DNA from: the human T2T-CHM13v2.0 reference genome, Homo sapiens
Direction: 5' to 3' (one strand)
Length of the DNA stretch: 64,000 bases
Assembly (NCBI RefSeq): GCF_009914755.1
Contig: NC_060932.1
Shown: in pieces, positions 38,790 to 49,741 of the stretch
How the letters are laid out: each line of letters begins with the position of its first letter
Numbering within the stretch: position 1 is the stretch's first letter
Notes under the pieces: model-generated
Database searches by the model: none
Told to the model about the DNA's origin: nothing
The model's input: the letters and a program-made list of their open reading frames with translations, nothing else
Program-made: the position numbers and the translations under genes

Positions 38790-39100
38790 TTTTCTTGGCC
38801 TGGAATGACATTGCCTTTCTAGATCAATGATGCTTGTACACATCCTTCTTAGACCCTGCTCAAGTGCCACCTTCCTGGGAATTCATGTCACTACATCTCC
38901 CTTTGGAATTATCTGAGCTCTGCTTTTTGCATCCACATAATTTATTGGCACCTAAATCCCATTCTGTCTAGTATTGCTGTTAGCATCCAGATGTCTGTGT
39001 CACTATACCTCTAAACTGTAAGCTACTTGAGGATAGAAAGTGTCCCATTATCGTATCCCATTCCTTATAATATTTAGCACAACGTCTGGCACAGAGAGCT
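38790..39100 (+). mobile_element. L2 3' fragment
   Basis: gcctggaatg...actgtaagctacttgaggatag...tagcacaacgtctggcacag. Confidence 0.7.
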
Positions 39101-39654
39101 GTCTCATATTTTCTCTGGGATTGGAAAATAGGCATGCTATGTTTCTAATAATAAAAGACTGCTTAAGAGACTAAAATATCCAGTAAAACAGGCAGGGTAA
39201 CATTAAATCAGAGAACATCAGAAAAAAATTTTGCTTAATATGATTTGCCTTTTTCCCCTTGACAGAAGTTCTTATTAAAATAACATTAGCCAAAAATATT
39301 TCTGTGCCAAAAGTAATTACGATAATGCTTCTCTGCATTTATATAGTTCTTTTTAATCTAAAGGTTCATAGTACACTTGCCTTAGCTTAGGAGGAAAGAA
39401 AAGCACTGAACTGGACTTGAACTTCTCCTTCTCTTCACTGGGCAGCCTTTTTTGTCTCCTAACATAGCTGTAGGCCCACTACTGTTGCTGATGTCTGAGT
39501 CAAGGTTTCCATGTTTGACGTCCTCATTGATTCTACTTGGGCATGGATTCAAAAGAGAAATTCCAATTAGTTTCCTCAGAGGATTAAATGCTGTTTAATC
39601 CCTCAGAGGATTGAATTCTATGTCCCTCTAGAGAACCCTGACTAGTACAGATTT

Positions 39655-39672
39655 TGGTACCAGGAGTGGTTC
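39655..39672 (+). promoter_or_regulatory. HERV-L primer-binding site (tRNA-Leu type)
   Basis: TGGTACCAGGAGTGG just downstream of the LTR end. Confidence 0.75.
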
Positions 39673-39693
39673 TAGAGAAACAGAATATTAAGG

Positions 39694-41460
39694 ATGAAGT
39701 TCTTTCATTGGTTTTGGGGTTTCTGGAGTTGGCTGCTTAATATGATTAGACCCCAAAATGCTCAGGACACTACTTCTAGCACTATGGAGAACACTGATAG
39801 TCCTTGGCATGAACTGTTTAGAGATTTATGCAAAGTAAATGCATTAGACACTCCTGATTCACTGCTCCTGAGAGGGAAGGAGTTCAGTGACTCTATACAT
39901 AATACTTTTGACCATACGTGGAGAACCAATGAACATAATGAAGGTGGTTGGTTGCTCCTAAGTTCAGTAGACAAAGTGATGAAAGAAAATGATAAACTTA
40001 GGGATTCTATCTCTCAGCTTCAGAAGCAGATACTGAGCCTCAGATCTGCTAAGATTGCCCTGGGTGAGAGTCTTATCTCCTATAGAGAAAGAGCTGAAAT
40101 TGTGGAAAAACAGACACAAGCTCTTATCATGTGAGTGGCTGACCTGCAAGGAAAGGTGCATGCACAGCCTCACCAGATGTCTACTTTTAAAGTGAGGGCA
40201 TTGATTGGAAAAGACTGGAACCCTGAAACTCAGAATGGGGATGTGTGGGAGGACTCTGATGAAGCTAGGGACACGAGTTTGTAAACTCTGTTGAACCTGT
40301 TTTGCCAGAAGAAACAACTTCCCTATCCCCAGTAGTGGCAACGTCCCCTCCCTGACTCATACTGGCATCAGCCTTTCCACCTTTGTCTGAGGAGATAAGC
40401 CCTGTGCTGCCTGAGGCAACAGTGATGTCCTCCCCTGAGGCAGTTGCCAGGCAAGATAATGTTGATTCTCCTCAGAAGCCACCCCCAACACTCTTGTTTT
40501 CTTCTAGAACTATAACTAGACTAAAGTCCTGGTGGGCTCCTAGAGGTGAGATTGAGAGTGTGACCCATGAGGAGGGGTGCTACACTCAAAAAGAACTGCT
40601 TGAGTTTTCTAATTTATATAAACAGAAATATGAACAGCAGGCATGGGAATGGATATTAAGGGTGTGGGGTAATGCTGGAAGGAACATAGAGTTGGATCAG
40701 CCTGAATTTATTGATTGGATCAGGCTGAATTTATTGAATCAGGCCCACTAAGTAGGGACTCTGCATTTAATGTTACAGCTTGGGGAGTTAAAAAAGGCTC
40801 TAATAGTTTATTTGCTTGGTTATCTGAAATATGGATTAAAAGATGGCCCCACTGTGAGTGAGCTGGAAATGCCTGATCTCACTTGGTTTAATGTAAAGGA
40901 AGGGATCCAAGGGCTTAGGGAGATTGGGATGGTGAAGTGGATTAGCCACTTTAGACCTACTCATCCCAGCTGGGAGGGTCCAAAAGATACATCCTTGACC
41001 AATGCCCTGCAAAATAGATTTGTGAGGGCAGCACCAACATCTTTGAAAGGCCCTGTAATTGCTCTTCTCTGTACCTCAGATCTAACATTGTGAACCACAG
41101 TCACTCAACTACAAAATTTAAATACAATGGGAATAATTGAATCCCAAGGTAGCAGGGGTCAAGTGGCAGCACTCAACTGTCAAAGGCAAGGTGGGCATAG
41201 CTACCATAATGAACAGCAGAGGCAAAGCGGCCATCAGAATAGTCTGACTTGTGTAGAGCTCTGGCATTGGCGAATTAATCACAGTGTTCCTTGAAGTGAA
41301 ATTGATAGGAAGCCTACTGCATTCCTACTTAATTTACATAAACAGAAAACTTCTAGGTTGAACGGACAAAAGCTTAATTTGAATTATAAAAAACAGAGAA
41401 TCAGGGCCCCTCAATCAATTTCCAGACTTGAGCCAGTTTACAGACCCAGAAGCCCTTGAA
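39694..41460 (+). pseudogene. gag: HERV-L gag, disrupted
   Basis: ORF pieces 39694..40134 (ENTDSPWHELF...GWLLLSS), 40383..40751 (YTQKELLEFSNLYKQK...WEWILRVW) and 40770..41093, separated by stops and frameshifts. Confidence 0.88.
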
Positions 41461-41559
41461 TGAAGGGGAAGTCGAGTCCCCTTGAGGAAGGACCACACTA
41501 CATTACTTGCAGCTTGTGCAGTGAATCTTTCTCCTATCCTTCCCCAAGGAGACCTCCAG

Positions 41560-43065
41560 CCTTTTACCAGGGTAACTGTACACTGAGGAAACAGAAATGA
41601 TCAGACATTTTGGGGACTACTGGATACTGGTTCTGAGCTGATGTTGATTCCAGGAGACCCAAAATGTCATTGTGGTCCCCCGGTTAAAGTAAGGGTTATG
41701 AAGGTCAGGTAATTAATAGAGTTTCAGCTCAAGTCCTACTTACAGTGGGTCCAGTGGGTCCCCAGACTCATCTTGTGGTCATTTCCCCAGTGCCAGAATG
41801 CATAATTGACATAGACATACTTAGCAGCCTACAGAACCCCCACATTGGCTTCTGAACTGGTAGGGTGAGTGATATTATGGTGGGAAAGACAAAATAGAAG
41901 CCATTAGAGCTTCCTCTAATAGAAAAATAGTAAATCAAAAACAATATTGCATCCCTGGAGAGATTGCAGAGATTAGTGCCACCATCAAGGACTTGAAATA
42001 CACAGGGGTGGTGATTCCCACCATATCCCCATTCAACTCTCCCATTTGGCCTGTGCAGAAGACAGATGGATCTTGGGGAATGGTAGTGGATTACCATAAG
42101 TTTAACCAAGTGGTGACTCCAACTGCAGCTTCTGTACCAGATGTGGTTTCATTGCTTGAGCAAATTAACAATCTCCTGGTAACTGATATGCAGCCATTGA
42201 CTTGGCAAAATTTGGCCTGTGCAGAAGACAGATGGAACTTGGAGAATGACAGTGGATTATCGTAAGCTTAACCAAGTGGTGACTCTAATTGCAGCTGCTG
42301 TACCAGATGTGGTTTCATTGTTTGAGCAAATTAACAGTCTCCTGGTAACTGGTATACAGCCATTAACTTTGCAAATGTCTTTTTCTCCGTTCCTGTCCTT
42401 AAGGCCCACCAGAAGCAATTTGTCTTCAGCTGGCAAGGCCAACAATATACCTTTCCTGTCCTACCTCAGGGGTACATCAACTCTCCAGGTTTGTGTCATA
42501 ATCTTATTCAGAGAGACCTTGATCGCTTTTGGTTTCCACAAGATATCACACTCGTGCCTTACATTGATGACATTATGCTGATTCGATCCAGTGAGCAAGA
42601 AGTAGCAAACATACTGGACTTATTGGTGAGATATTTGCATGCCAGAGGATGGGAAATAAATCCCATCCAGCCTTTCAGCCACCCTACCTATGTTTTTGAA
42701 TTCAAGGACCTTCTAATTCAGTAAAATTTCTAAGGGTCCAGTGGTGTGGAGCCTTTCAAAATATTCCTTCTAAGGTGATGAATACTTTGCTGCATTTGGC
42801 CCCTACTACAACCAAGAAAGGGCCGCAATGCCTAGTGGGCTATTTGGATTTTGGAGGCAACACATTCCACACTTGGGTGTGTTACTCCAGCCCATTTATT
42901 GACTGAACCAAAAGGCTGTCAGTTTTAGTGGGGTTCAGAACAGGAGAAGGCTCTGCAACAGGTCCAGGCTGTTATGCAAGCTTGTCTGCCACTTGGGTGC
43001 TTGAGGTGTCAGTGGCAGATGGTGATGCTGTTTAAAGCCTTTGGCAGGCCTCCATAGGTGAATCA
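41560..43065 (+). pseudogene. pol: HERV-L protease and reverse transcriptase (pol 5' part), disrupted; downstream pol deleted
   Basis: GLLDTGSE protease motif near 41615; SPFNSPIWPVQKTDGSW; LPQG at 42461-42472; YIDD at 42560-42571. Confidence 0.92.
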
Positions 43066-43325
43066 GTGTCTTCATTTTATTTCCTTTCTCCTTTTTCATG
43101 TGACATAACATTTATTGACTTCACGTTAGCATTTAATATGTATATTTAATATGTATATCTATTAATTATGTAATAGAATTTGGGTTGGGGATTGGTGCGT
43201 TTCCAGTTGTATGAAGGACAGTTGTATTATGTTAGGCATAATTATGACTTTATTATTGTCTTTATTTGAAGATTATGTATGATCTCAGAAGATGTGTATG
43301 GGTTCAAGTCGACAAGGGGTGGACT

Positions 43326-43448
43326 TGTGATAGTTAACATTGTGCGTAGCCTCCCAGCCTACATCTTTCTGCCACGCTGTATGGGACGTTGTGATCATGT
43401 GAGTTAATACTTAAACTCTTGTCCCTCTAGAGAATCCTGACTAACACA
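43326..43448 (+). mobile_element. Internally deleted MLT2A-type 3' LTR of HERV-L
   Basis: TGTGATAGTTAAC start, ctcccagcctacatctttct motif, end tgtccctctagagaatcctgactaacaca; only about 120 bp. Confidence 0.85.
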
Positions 43449-43450
43449 AC

Positions 43451-44169
43451 TGTGGTACAATAAACTCTATATTTGGTCTTGTCCTCTTGCTATTGGCATG
43501 AGTTTCAAAAATCCTTGAAATTTCCAGAGTGATAGGAATGTCTTTTATACAATAATGAAGTGACTCATGGCAGCTCCTAGATACCTTCATGATGGGGATG
43601 GGGACTGGTCACCAAAAAGACCAGACACATGATTAGAGGGTTGGAACTTTCAGCCACGCTACCTCTGGGGAGGGGAGGGGGCTTGGAAATGAAGCTCAAT
43701 CACACAAGCAATACATAATTTAATCAATCATGTCTACATAGTGACATGATTTACCCCAGTAAAATCTCGACACCAAAGCTCAGCAGAGTTTCCTGTTTGG
43801 TGGATCACAGATGTGGGGAAGTGGTGACATGCCTGGATTCCACCAGGGGAGGAAAGGGAAGCTTTGCGCTTCCTCTCTGATCCCACCCTGTAAGTGTCCT
43901 ATTACTACAACACTGTAATAGTAAGTGTAGCATGCTCAGTGAGTTTTGTGAGTCGTTCTAACAAATTATCAAATCTGAGGTGGTTGTAGGAACTCCCAAA
44001 TTTATATCCAGTCATTCAGAAGAGTAGGTGGCCTGGGTACCCCACTTGTGGCTGGCATCTGAAGTGAGTGCAGTATTGTGGAGAACAGAGTCCTTAACTC
44101 ATGGAGTCTGCCCTAAGTCCAGGTGGTTTGCATCAGAACTGAACTGCAGTATGCTCCAGTTAAGGTTTA
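43451..44169 (+). mobile_element. MER21C/MER77-like ERVL LTR
   Basis: TGTGGTACAATAAAC...tatttggtc; gattagagggttggaactttcagcc; acttgtggctggcatctgaagtg. Confidence 0.7.
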
Positions 44170-44965
44170 TGTAGGGAGAACTCTCTCTAATCATGTTTTT
44201 CCTCTATTCTTATGCCACGACAATCATTAACCCAGACGAAGACTTCTGTCACCAAATGTATAGGGATTTTTCCTCCACACACCAAGCGGTGGACACCAGC
44301 TGAGTGTCCTTTCATGTAGTTCTGACACTATCTGCAGATAGCATCAGGTCCAACTGATTGAAGGCTCAGTCCTACAAACTGCCCCTTCCCACATACCAAT
44401 AGCAAGTCTAGGCCTCAGGAACTTCTGGCCGACTACTGGCTTCCAGTTGAGATTTCCATGACCCCCTCTTTGGGTTTGATTAATTTGCTGGAGTGGCTCA
44501 CAGAACTCAGGGAAACACTTACATTTACTGTTTTACGATAAAAGATATTACAAAGGATACCGATGAAGAGATGCACAAGTCTAGTGATGAGAAAAGGGGC
44601 ATGGAGTTTCAAAGCCCTCCCAGGGTGCCACCCTTCAGGAAGCTCCATGTGTTCAGCTATCTGGAAGCTCCTGGAACCCAGTATGGAAGTTCTGGAATCC
44701 CAGTATGGAAGAGTCATGATGTCAGCATTCCTTCCTCCAGGGTGTAGGGTGGGATTCTCTCATCAGAGGGTCTTAAGACTCACAAAAAGAAAGATGGGAA
44801 ACATTAGAGTCCTTTTTGGGAGGCAGGAGAAAGGAGGGAAGAATGTCAGAGACCTGCCCTTGAGGTCTAACATATCCAATATTATAGCAAAATACCGTAA
44901 CAAGGGCTATGGGAATTATGAGCCAGGAACTGTAGATAAAAAACAATATATATCATTACACCACA
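44170..44965 (-). mobile_element. MER21A/B-like LTR in opposite orientation
   Basis: ctctttgggtttgattaatttgctggagtggctcacagaactcagggaaacacttac...tatatatcattacaccaca. Confidence 0.8.
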
Positions 44966-45198
44966 GGGTTGAAACAGAACAATGATACAGTCAGTGAGAT
45001 CTGACTAGCTTCTCCCTCAAGTTTCCTCTCATTTCTGCACCAAGGACACAGCTATTGCCAGGGCACTCCTAAGAGAGTCATGTCTAGAACATCATGTCCA
45101 TTTGTTCTGTGATGCATAGCCCAGAACTGAATGAGATCAGAATGAACTCTACTTGCTATTACATTGTCCATGAATTATTAACTAGCTCTTTGAAAGCC

Positions 45199-45202
<4 letters not shown>

Positions 45203-45238
<36 letters not shown>
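45203..45238 (+). repeat. Pure (A)36 tract
   Basis: Read directly from the sequence. Confidence 0.95.
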
Positions 45239-45240
<2 letters not shown>

Positions 45241-46460
45241 ATCCAGCAGGGATGTCTCAAAGTCTACTGGGTAGACCTCCTGCATGAGAATCACCCAGGG
45301 CACTTGTTGAAACGACAGATTCCAGAGACTCAACCATGAACTGCTGAATCTTAATTTGGGATGGAGAGATAAATCAAAATTAGCATCTTAAAAAAGCTCC
45401 AGCATTGATTCTTATATACAATTATGATTTGAAAAAACCTTTTGGTATACCTGATTGTCTCAATAAGACTGAAAAATAGTCTCCTTGCTTCTTTGAGATA
45501 TTGAGCCCCAGAGGCATGCAATACTTTTTTTTCCCTTTGATCTGGATTTTGGTTTTTAAATTAAAAAAAAAAATAGCAAGAAGGAGATGTGCTATCAGTT
45601 GTCCAAAATAACAAAACATTTATCTGATTATAGGATAGTTTGTCATTGGACAGTTGCCTATGCATAGTAAAATCTGAAACTCCAGTTGAGTCTACCTTGG
45701 ATGTTACAGGTTGTCAGACCCTTGCATGTGGTCCTGGGCTTGGACTTGGGCTGACCAGCCAAATAGGTAATAACTTAGAATGCAACCTAAAGGGACCAAA
45801 AGATTATATACTTCAAGAACCTTAAGTCACAAGACAGAATACACACATACTTGCATAGCTTTAGCTTAAAGTTTTTATCTTTTGTGAATTTCAAATGCCA
45901 GGAAACAGTGGTGTGGAGGTGGAATAACTGGTCATTTATGAAAAATATCTTAAGGTTGCAAAATTTGATAGAGTGAAGGGAGGGAAATATTTCAATCCAA
46001 GGGCACTAGGAAAGGATAATCAGGAAAGGGAAGTGACAAGAAGTAAGAGGCTGGAGGAACAAAATATATATAAAGGAAAGTAAACTCAAGCTTTGTCATG
46101 TTCACAATTGTGTCCCAGGCTAGCTTATGTATGGGTCATGGATTGAGATGACTTGGTAAAATTAGATGAAAGGAAAGGGGTATAAGAGAGAAAACTGAGA
46201 CAAGCACTATGAAAGCAATCACACAGATATCTAGGCCCTCCAGTACTTCTCAAGGAGATAGGGGTCAATAATTCAGCTAAATGGGCATGGGAGCTGATAG
46301 GTCCATTAGGAGACTCAGGTCCACAAGATGCTTAAGGATGCATAGGAGAGAAATATTTGGTCAAAGAAAAAAGAAAAGCCCCTATATTTGATTTCAAAAA
46401 GCTCTGATGTTTATCAAGGTTATCTTTTAGTTTAGTGTAGGTAAGTATGGGATCTAATAC

Positions 46461-47543
46461 TATCAGGGGAACCAGCCCCCAATATTTCAACGTAGTTTCT
46501 TTCTATTTTCCCTAAGTGTAGCTGGTCTGAGAAATAAAGAGAAAGAGTACAAAGAGAGAAATTTTACAGCTGGGCCTCCGGGGGTGCCATCACATATTGG
46601 TAGGACCGTGATGGCGACCCCGAGCTGCAAAACCAGCAAGTTTTTATTAGGGATTTTAGAAGGGGAGGGGAGGTACGAACAGGGAGTAGGTCACAAGGAT
46701 CATATGCTTATGCTTCAAAGGGCAATAAAGATCGCAAGGCAAGGCAAAATTAGAATTACTGATGAAGGTCTATGTCCCGCTGTGCACACATTGTCTTGAT
46801 AAACATGTTAACAGGAAGCAGGGTTCAAGAGCAGACAACTGGTCTGATTAGAATTTACCAGGCTGGAATTTATCAGGCTTACTAGGATGATAGTAAGCCT
46901 GAGGGTACTGCAGGAGACCAGGGCGTATTTCAGTCCTTATCTCAACCACATAAGACAGACACTTCCAGAGCGGCTGTCTACAGACCTACCCCCAGGAATG
47001 CATTCCTTCCCCACAGTTATCAATTATTAATATTCCTTGCTGGAAAAAGAATTCAGTGATATTTCTCCTACTCACATATCCCTCTATAGGCTCTCTGCAA
47101 GAAGAAAAATATGGCTCTATTCTACCTGACCCCACAGGCAGTCAGACCTTATGGTTATCTCTCTTGTTCCCTGAAAATTGCTGTTATTCTGTTCTTTTTC
47201 AGGGTGCACTGATTTCATATTGTTCAAATACACATATTTTACAATCAGTTTGTACCATAGTGGTCCTGAGGTGACGTACATTCTCAGCTTATGAAGATAA
47301 CAGGATTAAGAGATTAAAGTAAAGATAGGCATAAGAAATTATGAGTATTGTTTGGGGAAGTGATAAATGTCCATGAAATCTTCACAATTTATGTTCAGAG
47401 ACTGCAGTAAAGACAGGCATAAGAAATTATAAAACTATTAATTTTGGGAACAGATAAATGCCCATGAAATCTTCACAATTTATGTTCTTCTGCCTCGGCT
47501 CCAGCTGGTCTCTCCATTTGGGGGTCCCTGACTTCCTGTAACA
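46461..47543 (-). mobile_element. MER11 (HERV-K HML-8) solo LTR
   Basis: Reverse begins TGTTACAGGAAGTCAGGGACCCC; internal tandem repeat (ataagaaattat...ccatgaaatcttcacaatttatgttc twice); TSD aatac. Confidence 0.92.
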
Positions 47544-47687
47544 AATACAAAGCTCATTTAAAGTTTTCAATTTAAAAAAATATGTAATTGAGTAAGAAAA
47601 TTATGATACAAAGAAGCACAACAGAATATATGTGCAATGTGTGGCCCACATCCTGATTTACATTATTGTCCCTCTGAATATGTGTAG

Positions 47688-47689
<2 letters not shown>

Positions 47690-47739
<50 letters not shown>

Positions 47740-47891
47740 CACATCATATATATATGATATATATAATTTTTTTTCCTCTCATCTGGATTTTGGTTTTAAA
47801 TTAAAAAAATAGCAAAATGAGTCTTGCTATAAGAATATATATATATATATATATACACATATATATATACACACACACATATATATATATA
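47690..47891. repeat. Compound (TG)n/(TA)n/(CA)n microsatellites
   Basis: Read directly; two blocks separated by about 70 bp. Confidence 0.9.
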
Positions 47892-49524
47892 TGAATGGCG
47901 GTGCTTTATGTAGAAATGCTAAGCAGGTGATGCAATGCAAAACCTTAATATGAAACATGCTTCCTTCTCAAAGTTTCTGGTATAGCTCCAGGTGGCTCTG
48001 ATGCATTCCACACCAGACAAGTTTAAAACATTGTAACAATTAAAAAGGGTGAATGATGTCATTGGTTTGGGTTTGGATGAAGTAAAAAAATAAAGCTGTC
48101 TCACAAAGATTTGGAAGATGATGCTAAACATAATTTAGATTTTTATGGAGCAGGAATTCTGAAGCAAAATCAAATGTTTAGAGAAGAAAAAAGCTAGAAT
48201 CTAACACACATTTTTTTTCTTTTTTTTATTAACACCTCTATCTGTTCTCTCATTCTTAATTATCAGTGCTGTTGTGGCTGACCTATTTATGTTTACCTCA
48301 ACTCTATCCAGAGTTTCTGTTGCTCATATCCTCAAGCCACGTTAACTTATTTGTAATTCTACATGTCACTGTCCCCAGGACATAAGAAAAACATCAATGT
48401 GGTGGAAAAAGCATGAGCTTGGAATAGATCAACTCATAAGCCTCAATTCATAATATAAGGTTTGCTGTAGTCTTGAAATCTTCAATACAGAGGATATAAA
48501 AATATGAAAAAGGAAAAGTACAGACCAATCTCATTACATGAACAGATACACGAACACTGTAAAGGAATTATTGGCAAGTTGTACATATCCCAAGGATGCA
48601 AAGTCATTTACACAAATTCCAATTAATGGACTCACCAAAGTATCAGTTTGGAGCAGAAAAATCAAATGACCGTCAACGGATGCATTGTATTGGGCAAATT
48701 CAACGTCTATTTGTAACAAAACAACAAAATACAAATGTCCCTGGAAGTATAGCATCTGTTTTTGGTGCCCATGTGTTCTGGTTCTCACTTGAGCCCACTC
48801 AGGCCAGACTTCCACCTGCTGGCATCTGCCTATGAGCTTTCTCTGGCTTTGTAGCCCAAAAGTGCTAGAAAATGAGCCCCCCTGCAACCCCCACAGCCCT
48901 GCCCTTGGCAGCCTTCAACCCAAGGCTCCTTGCTCCCTCATCTCTCAGTTTGAATAACTCTAAGGAGTGGGTTGTACACTGGCTCCCCAAGTTTCCCCAG
49001 CTGGATTAAGGAACGGTTGCCCACAGTAGTAGCTGGGTTTATCAGACACTTTTTATTAGTTTTCTTCTCTTCTCTAATTTACTTACCATTCCCTTTGTGG
49101 TTTTTCCCAGGATCTTCTCTCAAATAAACTATTGCATTGACAACGTTGTTTCAGGGCCTGTTTCTGGGGCAAACTAGGGCAACAAGCTAAGGCTAGAGGG
49201 AAACTTCTTTAATTTCATAAAGAATATTAAAGAAAAAACAGCAAATATCATACTTAATGATGAAATATTGAACTTATTCTTTGTACCAGCCAAAATAAAT
49301 CAAGTGTGTCCACTATCACAACTTCAGCTCAGCTTCACACCAAAGGTCCTAGTTAAGTGCAGCAAGGCAAAATAAATAAGCAAAAGGTTAAAAGAACTGT
49401 AATAATTTGAAAGGAAGAAAACCTGTCATTATTTGCAGATGACATAATTGCAGAAAAAATATACAACAAATTATTTGAATTGTGATAATATTTTAGCAAG
49501 GTCGTTGAATACAAAATCAATATA

Positions 49525-49741
49525 CAGATGGCCCCCAATTTACAATGGTCCTTTTTGACTTTACACAATCATTCTCTTGGGAGGTTAACTCCATTGTAAG
49601 TTGAGCAGCATCTGGACTTAACAACGGTTCAACTTATGATTTTTCAACTTTATGATGGGTTGAAATGTTTTTGACTCACAATGTTTTTGACTTACAATGG
49701 GTTTATCGATGTAACCCCAGTCATAAGTTGAGGAGTATCTA
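49525..49741. mobile_element. Tigger-family MITE (MER47-like)
   Basis: Terminal inverted repeats cagatggcccccaatttacaatgg ... cataagttgaggagtatcta, flanked by TA. Confidence 0.75.

Larger units (their letters stand above)
39620..43448 (+). mobile_element. HERV-L provirus remnant with MLT2A-type LTR pieces
   Basis: 5' LTR tail gtccctctagagaaccctgactagtaca, then the HERV-L internal start gattttggtaccaggagtgg, gag/pro/RT homology, PPT gacaaggggtggact, and 3' LTR 43326-43448. Confidence 0.95.

Noticed and set aside
39694-40134. 146-aa gag ORF as a domesticated Fv1-like gene
   Set aside because: It stops early, downstream gag has several stops and frameshifts, and the promoter LTR is missing.
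47317-47490. Roughly 85-bp tandem repeat
   Set aside because: It lies inside the MER11 LTR, where such a repeat is a normal family feature.
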